In this document: positions 38,700-48,387 of the stretch, piece by piece
How the letters are laid out: the number at the start of each line of letters is the position of its first letter
Numbering within the stretch: position 1 is the stretch's first letter
From: Chthonomonadaceae bacterium
Lineage (GTDB): Bacteria > Armatimonadota > Chthonomonadetes > Chthonomonadales > Chthonomonadaceae
Assembly (NCBI GenBank): GCA_035650735.1
Contig: DASRGZ010000001.1
Location: forward strand, 62,001 to 112,395
Reading direction: 5' to 3'
Length of the DNA: 50,395 nt
Position numbers and translations under genes: made by a program
Notes under the pieces: model-generated
Told to the model about the DNA's origin: nothing
The model's input: the letters and a program-made list of their open reading frames with translations, nothing else
The model's database searches: none

Positions 38700-39323
38700 A
38701 TGGGGCAGGACTTCCTTCCCAGAAACGACTCGGAATTTTCTCTGTGGCTTGCCAACTTCAACGCCGTCGTCGGAGATAATCTCGCCGCGCTCGGCCTTTC
38801 TGCCGCTGACCTCGCGGCCGGCGAGGACGCCCTGGCTGCTCTGCGTGCCGCGATTGCCCAATTTACCGCTGCGCAGGCGGCTGCTCTTGCCTCCACGCAG
38901 TCCAAGCGGATGGCCCGCCAGGATGCCGAAGAGGAGGTGCGCGCTCTAGCTCGCCGCATTCAGGCCAACCCCGCCGTTCCCGACTCTCTGCGCGAGATGC
39001 TGGGGCTGCGCGTCCGCCGCAAAGCGATACGCCGTCTGATTCCCCTATCCCCTGCCGAACTCGTCGTCACCGGCCTGGATAGCGGCATGCATCTGCTGCG
39101 CTGGAAATCCGGCGGCAACAAACCCGGCACGCACTATCTAATCGAGGCGCGCATCGGTCCTTCCGAGTCCTGGACTCTGATAGACGTAACGACGAAAACA
39201 AAGTACCGTCACACCGATCAGACGCCCGGCGTGCGCGCCGCCTATCGCGTTCGTGCCAAGCGCGGCGACCGGACCTCCAGCTACAGCAACGAAGCCCTCC
39301 TCTACAGCGGAAGCCAGGCATAA
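38700..39323 (+). CDS. helical N-domain + fibronectin type III-like protein
   Basis: SD GGAGGAG; Ala-rich helical bundle, then LRW..Y.IE..W..YRVRA...S.YSN FN3 pattern. Confidence 0.8.
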   Translation: MGQDFLPRNDSEFSLWLANFNAVVGDNLAALGLSAADLAAGEDALAALRAAIAQFTAAQAAALASTQSKRMARQDAEEEVRALARRIQANPAVPDSLREMLGLRVRRKAIRRLIPLSPAELVVTGLDSGMHLLRWKSGGNKPGTHYLIEARIGPSESWTLIDVTTKTKYRHTDQTPGVRAAYRVRAKRGDRTSSYSNEALLYSGSQA

Positions 39324-39352
39324 AAAAGCCCCTCTCCCACGCGATGGGGGAG
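39322..39352 (-). terminator. terminator of the act/cox operon
   Basis: CCTCTCCCA-CGCGA-TGGGGGAGG hairpin with a U-run on the minus strand. Confidence 0.6.
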
Positions 39353-39354
39353 GA

Positions 39355-39651
39355 CTACTTCCCTGCGATGTGCAGATAGCCGCGCGATAAGTAGTCGCTC
39401 AGGGCGAGAGTAAAGAGAATGCCCAGCCAGACGAACCCGACGCCGGAGAAAATCCAGATCAGCTTCTTGCTGTAGCCGACGTGCATGAAGAAAAAGATGA
39501 CGAGCAGCGCTTTGGCGGCGGCGATGAGCAGGGCGACCACGACGTTAAACGGCCCCAAATTGACCCAGGCCAGGCCGGCGGTCAGACCCAGCAGGAGCAG
39601 CAGCGCCACGCCGATAAGAAGATAGGTTTTCGGAGAAGGAAAGGTTTTCAT
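39355..39651 (-). CDS. ctaF: cytochrome c oxidase subunit IV
   Basis: LLLLLGLT, IAAAKALLVIFFFMHV, DYLSR. Confidence 0.88.
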   Translation of the reverse strand: MKTFPSPKTYLLIGVALLLLLGLTAGLAWVNLGPFNVVVALLIAAAKALLVIFFFMHVGYSKKLIWIFSGVGFVWLGILFTLALSDYLSRGYLHIAGK

Positions 39652-39819
39652 AGGTGTCGCCCCGGCAAACATAGCAACCGGTGGTCCGTGATGAGTGGCC
39701 AGAAAGGGCACTTTCACGCTTGGCGTGTGGCCGTGATATTGGCGCGCGGCATCTGGTCCGTGATCAGGGACCAGAAACGGCGCTTTTACAGATGTCGCCC
39801 CGGTAAATAGAACAACGGA
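39651..39819. repeat. degenerate duplications at the cox3/cox4 junction
   Basis: 36-bp direct repeats at 39682-39717 and 39754-39789; copy of the cox3 3' end at 39651-39681. Confidence 0.7.
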
Positions 39820-40436
39820 TAGAGAAATATCCACACGAGATCGATCAGGTGCCAGTAAAGGCCGGTCAGGTCAATGGGGATATAGTGCTCCTTCGAGAAC
39901 CGGCCCCGCCACGTCCAGAAGATCATCAGGCTGACAAGACAGCAGCCGACGGTGAGGTGAAAGGCGTGCAGGCCGGTCATGAAAAAGTAGAGCAGGAAGA
40001 AGATCGCCTGATGGCGCGTGAAGTTGTTCGTGATCGGCCAGTTGAGTCCGGGCACGATATGGCTTTCGTAGTCCAGGTAGTACTCAAACCCTTTCAGGCC
40101 CAGGAACGTCAGCCCCAGGAAGAGGGTTGCCAGCAGGAAGCGCAACAGTGCCTTGCGCCGGCCCTCCCGGGCGGCATGTACGCTCAGCGCCATCGTCACG
40201 CTGCTTATCAGCAGCACGCCGGTATTGAGCGTGCCGATCCAGTAGACCGTTTTGTTGCTGGCCGCCGCAAACGCCCCCGGAAACGCCTGGCGGTAGGCCG
40301 TGTACGCAAAGAACAGCCCGCCAAAAAGCAGGATCTCCGTCGCCAAAAAGACCCACATCGCCAGGATGGAGGCTTCCCGCTGCTGCTCGATGTCATCGAA
40401 TTGGTGTCCGAGCAGGATGCCAGGACTATCCGACAT
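39786..40436 (-). CDS. ctaE: cytochrome c oxidase subunit III
   Basis: MWVFLATEILLF, NTGVLLISS, MTGLHAFH, GLYWHLIDLVWIFLYP. Confidence 0.95.
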   Translation of the reverse strand: MSDSPGILLGHQFDDIEQQREASILAMWVFLATEILLFGGLFFAYTAYRQAFPGAFAAASNKTVYWIGTLNTGVLLISSVTMALSVHAAREGRRKALLRFLLATLFLGLTFLGLKGFEYYLDYESHIVPGLNWPITNNFTRHQAIFFLLYFFMTGLHAFHLTVGCCLVSLMIFWTWRGRFSKEHYIPIDLTGLYWHLIDLVWIFLYPLFYLPGRHL

Positions 40437-40472
40437 GCTGCGCCTCTCTTTCAGTTGCCTCTCTTGCCGTTG

Positions 40473-42326
40473 CTAATGTCTGCTGCCTGCTTCCTGAATT
40501 TCCCTTTCTGCTGACTCCGCTGCCGCCTCTCTTTCCGCTGCCTCCGGGGAGTAGTCGTAGGGGCCTTCCGTCACCACGGGCGTCACCTTGAAGTTGTACG
40601 TAGGCGGGGGGGAGGGCGTCTGCCACTCCAGGCCGGTAGCTCCCCAGGGATTGGCGGGAGCGCGCTTGCCGTACTTGAGGGACAGCAACAGGTAGAACAG
40701 CGGCAGGAAGTAGCCGACCGCCAGGATGGACGCGCCCGCCGTAGACATCACGTTCAGGATTTGAAAATTAGGATCGTATTCATAGTAGCGGCGCAGCATC
40801 CCCAGCCGTCCCAGCAGAAACTGCGGCAGGAAGGTCAGCATAAAGCCCACGAAGATGGTCAGCGCCGAGAGCTTGCCGAAGAGCTCGGGATACATCCGCC
40901 CGCTGATCTTGGGCCACCAGTAGTGAATGCCGCCCAGGTACGCCGTCACCATGCCGCCCACCATAATGAAGTGGAAGTGCGCAATGACGAAATAGGTGTC
41001 ATGCAGGGAGACATCCACCGCCAGTGCCGCCAGGAACAGGCCGGTCAACCCGCCGACGGTAAACAGTCCGATGAATCCTAGCGCGTAGAGCATGGGCGTA
41101 TCGAGCCGGATCGAGCCTTTGTAGAGCGTGGAGGTCCAGTTAAAGACCTTGATGGCCGACGGGATCGCCACCAGGAAGCTCAGGATCGAAAAGAGCATAC
41201 TGCCGTACATGGACTGCCCGGCCACGAACATATGGTGGCCCCAGACCAGAAAGCCAATAAGGGCGATGCCGAACGTGGCGAAGGCGACGAACTTGTAGCT
41301 GAAGAGCTTTCGGCGGGCAAAGCAGGGGATGATCTCGCTGACGACGCCCATGCCCGGCAGGATCATGATGTAGACGGCCGGGTGCGAGTAAAACCAGAAC
41401 AGGTGCTGGAACAGCAGCGGGTCGCCGCCGAGCGACGGGTCGAAGATCCCGATCCGGAACACGCGCTCCAGGAAGATCAGCAGCAGCGTGACGGCCAGCA
41501 CCGGCGTCGCCAGCACCAGGATCAGGGAGGTGGCGTAGGTGGTCCAGACGAACAGGGGCAGCCGGAACCAGGTCAGGCCGGGCGCGCGCATCTTGTGCGT
41601 GGTAACGATGAAATTCAGCCCCGTCAGGATGGAGGAGAAGCCCGTAATGAACACGCCCGCCGCCGCCAGCAGCACGTTGGAGTTGCTGTAGGTAGTGCTC
41701 AAGGGCGTGTAGAAGGTCCAGCCGGTATCCACGCCGCCGGTGATGATGGCGACGAAGGTAAACGTGCCTCCGAGGATAAACAGGTACCAGCTCAGCAGAT
41801 TCAGCTTCGGAAAGGCCAGGTCGCGCGCCCCGATCATCAGGGGCAGCAGGAAGTTGCCCAGCACCGCCGGGACCGAGGGAATGAGAAAGAACCAGACCAT
41901 GATGACGCCGTGGATGGTGAACAGCTTGTTATAGGTCACCGGCTGCACCATATCGCCGCGCGGCGTCGCCAATTGCAGCCGTATGATCGTCGCCGCCGCC
42001 CCGCCGATCAGGAAGAACAGCGTGATGGAGATCATGTAGAGGATGGCGATGCGCTTGTGGTCGGTGCTCGTCAGCCACGATTTGAGGGTGTAGTCAACGT
42101 TCAGGTAGTTTGGCTCTTCCCGCTCCGCGACGACCGCCTCCTCCAGCGCCTCCCGGCGCGGCGTATGCTCGGCGGGCGGGGCTGCCTCCGGCTCGACAAA
42201 CGACTCTGCCTTGCGCGCGGTCAGGGCGCGCAGCGCGGAACTGACGCCCAATGCCCCGCCGATCACCGCACCCACACTGGTCAGGGTCGCCCATAGCGAA
42301 GATTTTTGATCCCTGGACTCGTTCAC
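40473..42326 (-). CDS. ctaD: cytochrome c oxidase subunit I (A2 type)
   Basis: TDHKRI, FTIHG, GWTFY, YSHPAVY (A2 YS motif), WGHH, AHFHF. Confidence 0.98.
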   Translation of the reverse strand: MNESRDQKSSLWATLTSVGAVIGGALGVSSALRALTARKAESFVEPEAAPPAEHTPRREALEEAVVAEREEPNYLNVDYTLKSWLTSTDHKRIAILYMISITLFFLIGGAAATIIRLQLATPRGDMVQPVTYNKLFTIHGVIMVWFFLIPSVPAVLGNFLLPLMIGARDLAFPKLNLLSWYLFILGGTFTFVAIITGGVDTGWTFYTPLSTTYSNSNVLLAAAGVFITGFSSILTGLNFIVTTHKMRAPGLTWFRLPLFVWTTYATSLILVLATPVLAVTLLLIFLERVFRIGIFDPSLGGDPLLFQHLFWFYSHPAVYIMILPGMGVVSEIIPCFARRKLFSYKFVAFATFGIALIGFLVWGHHMFVAGQSMYGSMLFSILSFLVAIPSAIKVFNWTSTLYKGSIRLDTPMLYALGFIGLFTVGGLTGLFLAALAVDVSLHDTYFVIAHFHFIMVGGMVTAYLGGIHYWWPKISGRMYPELFGKLSALTIFVGFMLTFLPQFLLGRLGMLRRYYEYDPNFQILNVMSTAGASILAVGYFLPLFYLLLSLKYGKRAPANPWGATGLEWQTPSPPPTYNFKVTPVVTEGPYDYSPEAAEREAAAESAEREIQEAGSRH

Positions 42327-43750
42327 AGACTGCCGCCTCCTTGCTGCGCGCGCTGCGTCTCCCGCGCCCGCTCTTTGACGCTCTGCCGCTGCTCCTCCAC
42401 GCGCCCTGACCCGCCACCGCCCTGCGGCGCACGCGGCTCCTCCCGGCCCTGCTTCTCGCCCAGGGATTTGATGAACGCGGTCAGCTCCAATACCTGCTCC
42501 TCGGTGATCAGCCCTTTGAAGGAGGGCATGACCGGCTTGTACCCGGCGACGACCTGCGCCTTGGGCAGCAGGATCGAGTCATGGATATAGCGGTCGTCGG
42601 CGATGACGATTTGCCGGTTTGAGAGCGGCACCGGCTTGCCGTAGATGCCGTCAAGACTGGGCGCGCGGACGGTGTTGCTCGCGCCATGGCAGCCGCTGCA
42701 TCCCAGTTGCTGATAGAGCCGGGCGCCCTCTGCCGCCATGGACGGCCCGGTGCTGCCCTGGCTTAGCCACCGCTCGTAGTCGGCCTGCGGCATGGCGTAG
42801 ACCCAGCCGCGCATCCGGGAGTGGTTCATGCCGCAGTACTGGGCGCAGAAGATGCGATACCTGCCCGGCTGGGTGGCCTCAAACCAGGTCGTCGTGGTGC
42901 GGCCCGGCAGCACGTCCTGCTTGATGCGGAAGTCGGGCACAAAAAAGCTGTGGATCACGTCCTGCGAGCTCAGAATGAGCCGCACCGGGCGGCCTATGGG
43001 CACGTGCAGTTCGTTGATCTCGCGCTGGCCTTCCGGGTGCTGCAACTTCCACATCCACTGCTTGCCGACCACGTAGATGTCAATCGCTCCCGGCGGCGCC
43101 TGGTATATATCCACATAGACCCGTGCCGCCCAGACAAAGATGCTCAGGGCGAGCAGGACCGGGATTCCGATCCAGGCGGTTTCCAGGATGATATTGCGGT
43201 TGGGCGGGTTGGAGCGGTCGGCCTTGCTGCCCCGACGGTACTTGACGCAGAAATAGATGATCAGGAAGCAGACGCTCAGGGCAATCAGCGCGGCTATCCC
43301 ACTGATGGTATAGAAGAGCGCGTCCACGCGCGGAGCGATGGTGGATGCCTGCCGGGGCGACCACCGAAAACCCTCTTCCTGCGCCCGCGCCGGCAGCGCG
43401 AGCCACAGCGCCAGGAGGAAGAGGCCAACCCTTCTTGACCTAACCCCCCGGCCCCCTTCCCTGGGAGGGAAGGGAGTGACCCGGCTTGGGAGGGTTGTGG
43501 CCCTCACCCCTGCCCCCTCTCCCACGCTGCGGGAGAGGGGAGAACCCGACTTCTGCTCCCCCTTCTCCCTTGGAGGGAGAAGGGCCGGGGAGGAGGGGGG
43601 AACCTGGCTGCTGCTCTCCCCTCCCCTAGAATTGGGGATAGCCAGGCGGAGGCGCGAACCGTTGAGCGCCGACCCTAGCAGTGGGACGGGGGTGGGGGCC
43701 TTCCCCCTTCTTACGCAGGAGCGGGAAGCGGGAGGGAAGGTAGTTCTCAT
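42323..43750 (-). CDS. ctaC: cytochrome c oxidase subunit II with C-terminal cytochrome c (caa3 type)
   Basis: [23 protein letters not shown] (CuA), CSGCH heme c; the first ~100 codons are repeat-derived and the start is uncertain. Confidence 0.95.
   Translation of the reverse strand: MRTTFPPASRSCVRRGKAPTPVPLLGSALNGSRLRLAIPNSRGGESSSQVPPSSPALLPPREKGEQKSGSPLSRSVGEGAGVRATTLPSRVTPFPPREGGRGVRSRRVGLFLLALWLALPARAQEEGFRWSPRQASTIAPRVDALFYTISGIAALIALSVCFLIIYFCVKYRRGSKADRSNPPNRNIILETAWIGIPVLLALSIFVWAARVYVDIYQAPPGAIDIYVVGKQWMWKLQHPEGQREINELHVPIGRPVRLILSSQDVIHSFFVPDFRIKQDVLPGRTTTTWFEATQPGRYRIFCAQYCGMNHSRMRGWVYAMPQADYERWLSQGSTGPSMAAEGARLYQQLGCSGCHGASNTVRAPSLDGIYGKPVPLSNRQIVIADDRYIHDSILLPKAQVVAGYKPVMPSFKGLITEEQVLELTAFIKSLGEKQGREEPRAPQGGGGSGRVEEQRQSVKERARETQRAQQGGGSL
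43439..43702. repeat. stack of REP-like palindromes inside the ctaC reading frame
   Basis: Family A copy at 43501-43542, related hairpins at 43439-43476 and 43556-43600, CGAACCGTTGAGCGCCGACCCT unit and GGGGTGGGGGCCTT shared with 46130-46260. Confidence 0.85.
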
Positions 43751-44232
43751 GGCGTCGTTCCTCCCGAAGCAGGCGCTTGTGGCACGGGGGGCCGATTGGC
43801 AGGCTGTGGGGCGGCAGGCGGCGGGGGCGTGACCGGAAGGCCCTGCTGCAAAATCAACTCCTTGGCCCGCTCTATGGGTATCCGCACGCGGCCTGTGTTT
43901 TTATCTACCCAGCCATAGCTGTTCAGTTGGGCCTCTTCCTGCGCGCGAAACGCGGCCAGATCCAGCGGTGGGCTGACCTCCAACTGCGTGCCCTGTAAGC
44001 GCGGCGGCGGCGGAATCCGTTTCGCTTGCGCCAGCGGCGAGAGCGACACATCTGGCCGGCGCGGATGGTGGGCCAGGAAATTCATCAGCCACCAGACCAC
44101 GACATGGATGACCAGGGCTGTAAAGAGCATCGCCAGCGCGATCCCAAAGAGCGCGCGTACGTTGACGTCACGCAACTCATGGCGGCGATTGGCTTTGCGT
44201 GCGGGATGGCCCTGGGGAACCGCATCAGCCAC
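43747..44232 (-). CDS. ACIII-associated single-TM protein (ActG-like)
   Basis: HELRDVN, one TM, PPPPRLQ, LNSYGWVD..G.VRIPIERA; position after actF. Confidence 0.75.
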   Translation of the reverse strand: MADAVPQGHPARKANRRHELRDVNVRALFGIALAMLFTALVIHVVVWWLMNFLAHHPRRPDVSLSPLAQAKRIPPPPRLQGTQLEVSPPLDLAAFRAQEEAQLNSYGWVDKNTGRVRIPIERAKELILQQGLPVTPPPPAAPQPANRPPVPQAPASGGTTP

Positions 44233-45427
44233 GTTCCAACGCCTCCTTTACGTTGAATTGTCCCGCCAGGCGCGGGTCCTGCAGCGGCACCAGCGGCGCC
44301 TGCTTGACCTGCCAGATGAACCAGGCCATCCAGAGCCCGCCGAGGCTGATGGGCAGAAGCACATCCATCCAGTGAACGGTGAAGCCCCCGGTATAGAAGC
44401 TGGGCATGATCATCCAGAACACATCCACGAAATGGGCAAATAGCAGCAGCGCCGCGATTGCCGCCAGCGAGCGCACGTTGCGCTTGATGTGGCCGAACAG
44501 CAGTAGGATGAATGGGAACAGAAAGTGGGCCGCGATCAGGAAATAGGCCACGCCGCTCCAGCCGTTGTGCCCGTGGTGGAGGTACCAGCTCGATTCCTTG
44601 GCCGTATTGCCCGACCAGATGATCAGGTATTGCGAGAAGGCCATGTAGGCCCACAGCAGCACGAAGGCCAGCATCAGGCCGCCCAGGTCGCGGAACGTGT
44701 CGGGCGAGACCGACTCCACCAGCAGCTGGCGCCGCGCCAGCCAGATCGCTACCGCCAGCATGAAGCCAAACGTGCCCACGCCCTGCCCGCAGATGACTAG
44801 CATGCCGAAGATGGTCGAGTACCACATCGGCTCCAGCGACATGATCCAGTCCATTGCGGCAAACGAGATCGTTAGCACATAGAGCACCAGGCCCCAGCAG
44901 CAGACGTACTGAAAGCGCGGCGTGAGCGCCGGATCGCCGGTACGGTCCTGCTGCAATGACCACTTCCGCAGCAAGACGGCCAGGCCGATCCAGACGATAA
45001 AGTAGACACAGTACCGGATGATGAACCAGGGCACGTTGAGGAAGAAGCCGCTCTTGTTGCGTATCTCATGGGCCGTCGCGACGGCCGCCATCTGGTCGGG
45101 GTGGGTCCAGATAAACAGCGATTTCATGCCGATCAGGATGGGGATGCCCAGCACGCACAGCAGGATCAGCGTCGTGGAGGCGGCCTCCAGCAAGCGCCGG
45201 ATGACAAAGCCCCACGCGCCGCCGGTGGCATGGTGGGTCATCTCCACCGCCAGGCTGCCGACCGCGATGCCCACCCAGAAGACGAAGGCGAACAGGTAGG
45301 ATTGGAGAAACTGCGTCGGGTTAAAGAACGCTCCCACGATGCAGGCGATCAGGGCCGCCACGCCGAGCCCAAGCGCACCGCGCTGGATACGGTTGACATG
45401 CCGGTTGAGTTCTTCGCTCACATTCAT
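44225..45427 (-). CDS. actF: alternative complex III subunit F
   Basis: SYLFAF, HHATGGAWG..IRRLLEA, DWIMSLEPMWYSTIFG, YMAFSQYLIIWSGN. Confidence 0.9.
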   Translation of the reverse strand: MNVSEELNRHVNRIQRGALGLGVAALIACIVGAFFNPTQFLQSYLFAFVFWVGIAVGSLAVEMTHHATGGAWGFVIRRLLEAASTTLILLCVLGIPILIGMKSLFIWTHPDQMAAVATAHEIRNKSGFFLNVPWFIIRYCVYFIVWIGLAVLLRKWSLQQDRTGDPALTPRFQYVCCWGLVLYVLTISFAAMDWIMSLEPMWYSTIFGMLVICGQGVGTFGFMLAVAIWLARRQLLVESVSPDTFRDLGGLMLAFVLLWAYMAFSQYLIIWSGNTAKESSWYLHHGHNGWSGVAYFLIAAHFLFPFILLLFGHIKRNVRSLAAIAALLLFAHFVDVFWMIMPSFYTGGFTVHWMDVLLPISLGGLWMAWFIWQVKQAPLVPLQDPRLAGQFNVKEALERG

Positions 45428-46311
45428 CGCGTCGTTCCCTCCAGTTCGGCCTGCGCGCCCGGCGGCAGGTCGGCAAAGGTGGCGCTGCGGCTGCGCTGCA
45501 ATACGCGGATATAGGCGGCAATGGCCCACCGATCCGGCGGGGCCACGCGGTTGGCGTAGCTGTACATCAGGCCGTAGCCGTTGGTGATAACGTCAAAGAA
45601 ATGGCCGATGGACGCCCTCCGCAGCCGGTCGGTATGGTACGAGGGCGGACGCGGGAAGCCCCGCTGCACGATCATGCCGTCACCGTCGCCGGTGCGCCCG
45701 TGGCAGGGCGCGCAGTAGATATTGAAGCGCTCCTGTCCGCGATCCAGCAGTTCGCGGGTGAGCGGCACAGGCAACTGCGTCACGGGCTTGCCCCCGGCAA
45801 AGCCGGTGTAGAACGCGGTCAGGGCAACAGGCTGATCGCGGGATACCGTGTCCGGAATCAGCCGCCGCGAGGAGCGGTCGTCGGCAAAGACCGGGCTGGG
45901 TTCCAGCGGCCTAAGCTTCGAGCCGTTCCGCATATTCTGCACGCATCCGGGCAGCAGCGTCAGGCTAAGCACGAGGAGCCACCTACCCCCCCAGTCCGGC
46001 AGGCTAAACCCTGCCGATGTGGGGCCTACGGCCCGCTGCCCACCTACGTGGGCAGAAGACAAACTCTGGCTTCTCCCTCTCCCCTCTCCCGCAGCGTGGG
46101 GGTCGCAAGGTGTCTCAAGGCGGAGGGCCGAACCGTTGAGGCCCGACCCTGGCAGTGGCGCGAGCCGTTGAGCGCCGACCCTGGCAGTGGGCTGGGGGTG
46201 AGGTCTGGCCCCTCCCCTGTTCTTGGGGGAGGGGTGGCCGCAGGTCGGGGTGGGGGCCTTAACCGGAGCGTGGGCCATAGGCCAGCGGGACAGGTCAACG
46301 TTAGCTCGCAA
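45424..46311 (-). CDS. actE: alternative complex III subunit E (monoheme cytochrome c lipoprotein)
   Basis: Lipobox LPGC; RGQERFNIYCAPCHG; DRWAIAAYIRVLQ; repeat-derived N-terminal extension; start at 46311 (TTG) or 46278 (ATG). Confidence 0.9.
   Translation of the reverse strand: MRANVDLSRWPMAHAPVKAPTPTCGHPSPKNRGGARPHPQPTARVGAQRLAPLPGSGLNGSALRLETPCDPHAAGEGRGRSQSLSSAHVGGQRAVGPTSAGFSLPDWGGRWLLVLSLTLLPGCVQNMRNGSKLRPLEPSPVFADDRSSRRLIPDTVSRDQPVALTAFYTGFAGGKPVTQLPVPLTRELLDRGQERFNIYCAPCHGRTGDGDGMIVQRGFPRPPSYHTDRLRRASIGHFFDVITNGYGLMYSYANRVAPPDRWAIAAYIRVLQRSRSATFADLPPGAQAELEGTTR
45996..46260. repeat. stack of REP-like palindromes inside the actE reading frame
   Basis: Family C copy at 45996-46054, partial family A at 46076-46100, tandem CCGTTGAG..CCGACCCTGGCAGTGG units, GGGGTGGGGGCCTT. 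Confidence 0.85.
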
Positions 46312-46840
46312 CTTCGGACACCCCCAGCGCGCCGAGATGGCTTAGAAATTGCCACGTCGCGCGCTCGTCGAAATGCGGGTCGTCAGCCTCAATGCACAGG
46401 AAAAACCGATCTTTTGTCGCCAGGTCGAAGCGGGGCGCTTTGAATACCGGGTGATAAGGCTTGGGCAGCCCGCAGAGGCCCAGCATGGAAAAGAAGGCGG
46501 TGAGAGAGGCCCCCAGCACACCCAGCTCGAAGGTGATCGGGATATAGGAGACCCAACTATTGAGCGGGCGTCCGGCGACGTTGATAGGATAGCTGACCGC
46601 CATGCCAAACCACTCCATGAAATAACCAAGCCCCGCGCCGGCAAAGCCGCCAATAAATACCAGCCAGGGCAGGATGTTCCAGCGGAAGCCGACCTCCTCC
46701 GCCAGCCCCTCGACCTGGAAGGGCGAATAGGCATCCATGCGCCGGTAGCCGGCTTCCCGCGCCTTGCGCGCCGCGTCCAGCAATCTCTCCGGCGTATCGA
46801 ACTCGGCCAGCAGGCCGTAAAGGGGCGTCTCCTTTCTCAC
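46301..46840 (-). CDS. actD: alternative complex III subunit D (DUF3341)
   Basis: GLLAEFDTPE, DAYSPF, YPINVAGRP, IPITFE, DRFFLCIEA. Confidence 0.92.
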   Translation of the reverse strand: MRKETPLYGLLAEFDTPERLLDAARKAREAGYRRMDAYSPFQVEGLAEEVGFRWNILPWLVFIGGFAGAGLGYFMEWFGMAVSYPINVAGRPLNSWVSYIPITFELGVLGASLTAFFSMLGLCGLPKPYHPVFKAPRFDLATKDRFFLCIEADDPHFDERATWQFLSHLGALGVSEVAS

Positions 46841-46940
46841 CGTGCTTTCTCCTCAACAGCGCCTCGAACGCGCCTCGCCCTTCCTATGTCCTTTCCTTCT
46901 CGTGCCAAGCCCCATGTTGAGAGAGGCCGGGCGGGCTTGC

Positions 46941-48383
46941 CTACCCCTCCTGCGGCTGCGGGCTGAGGACCCGTTGCGCGGCATCGGAAGGCTCCGGCGA
47001 TTCCGGATGGGGCTCTCGCGCGTGCGCCAGATCCTGGACCTCATGGATCGAGATCATAGGCAGCAGGCGAATGAACATAAAGAAACAGAACGTAAAGAAC
47101 CCGATGGTGCCCAACAGCGTCGCCCAGTCCCAGGCCGTCGGGAAGTACATGTACCAGGCCGAAGGCATGAAGTCTTGATGCAGGCTCTGCACCACGATGA
47201 CCACGCGCTCCGTCCACATCCCTAGCTGCACGCATAGCGAGAGAATAAACAGCCAGGCGACGTTGGTGCGTGCCTTGCGCCACCAGAGCGTCTGCGGCAG
47301 CACCACGTTGCACGTGATCAGCGTCCAGAAGGCAAACCCGTAGGCGCCAAAAGCCCGGTCCACGACCATATGCCACTCGTTGATGTCGCCGCTGTACCAG
47401 GCCATGATCGTCTCCTGGAAATAGCTGTAGGCGACCACCAGCCCCGTCGCCAGCATGATCTTGCCCATGTTCTCCAGGTGCTGCAAGGTGACATAGGCTT
47501 CCAGCCCGTAGAATTTGCGCAACGGGATGGAGAGCGTGAGCACCATCGCGAACCCGGAGAAGATAGCGCCGGCGACAAAATAGGGCGGGAAAAAGGTCGA
47601 GTGCCAGCCGGGCACGAGGCCCACCGCGAAGTCGGTGCTGACGATGCTATGCACCGAGACGACCAGCGGCGTCGCCAGAGCCGCCAGCAGCCAGTAAGCG
47701 GACTCGTAGTATTTCCAGTGTTTGGCCGATCCGCGCCATCCCAGCGCGAGTATGCCGAAGAAGAGATGCTTGAGCGGGTGCCTGGCCCGGTCGCGGACGG
47801 CGGCCACGTCAGGGATAAGCCCCTGGTACCAGAACAGCAGCGAGACGGTAAAGTACGTGCCGACGGCAAAGCAGTCCCAGACGAGCGGGCTGCGGAACTG
47901 GGGCCACAGGCTCATGGTGTTGGGATAGGGCAGCAGCCAGTAGAAGTTCCAGGGACGGCCCAGGTGCATCAGCGGGAACATGCCCGCGCACATGACGGCG
48001 AACAGCGTCATGGCTTCGGCGAAGCGGTTGATGGAGGTGCGCCACTTCTGGTTCAAGAGCAGCAGGATGGCCGAGATGAGCGTGCCCGCATGGCCGATCC
48101 CGATCCACCAGACGAAGTTAGCGATGGCAAAGCCCCACGCGACCGGGATGTTGACGCCCCAGATGCCGATGCCCTTGATGAGCAGCCAGGTCACGGCATA
48201 CATCAGCAGCATCACCAGGGCGAAAGAGATGCCTGCGCCCAGCAGCCACCCCGGATGCAGGGGCCGCTTGATGACGATGCTGGTGATCTTCTCATCTATG
48301 GTGGCATAGGTCTGTCCGGGCAGAAGCACCGGCTCAGGCCGATCCAGTCCCTTCGCTTTTTGCTCTCGCCACTCCACTGCCAT
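46941..48383 (-). CDS. actC: alternative complex III subunit C (NrfD family)
   Basis: NFVWWIGIGHAGTLISAIL, INRFAEAMT, HLGRPW, TPLVVSVHSIVS, WHST.FPPYFVAGAIFSGFAMV. Confidence 0.96.
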   Translation of the reverse strand: MAVEWREQKAKGLDRPEPVLLPGQTYATIDEKITSIVIKRPLHPGWLLGAGISFALVMLLMYAVTWLLIKGIGIWGVNIPVAWGFAIANFVWWIGIGHAGTLISAILLLLNQKWRTSINRFAEAMTLFAVMCAGMFPLMHLGRPWNFYWLLPYPNTMSLWPQFRSPLVWDCFAVGTYFTVSLLFWYQGLIPDVAAVRDRARHPLKHLFFGILALGWRGSAKHWKYYESAYWLLAALATPLVVSVHSIVSTDFAVGLVPGWHSTFFPPYFVAGAIFSGFAMVLTLSIPLRKFYGLEAYVTLQHLENMGKIMLATGLVVAYSYFQETIMAWYSGDINEWHMVVDRAFGAYGFAFWTLITCNVVLPQTLWWRKARTNVAWLFILSLCVQLGMWTERVVIVVQSLHQDFMPSAWYMYFPTAWDWATLLGTIGFFTFCFFMFIRLLPMISIHEVQDLAHAREPHPESPEPSDAAQRVLSPQPQEG

Positions 48384-48387
48384 GAGA

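Noticed and set aside
34699..39323. Integrated excision element or prophage around xisHI
   Set aside because: No recombinase, att-like direct repeats or phage genes are visible.
39682..39789. Mini CRISPR array (36-bp repeats, 36-bp spacer)
   Set aside because: Only two divergent repeats, no cas genes and no leader; the flanks are duplicated cox3 sequence.
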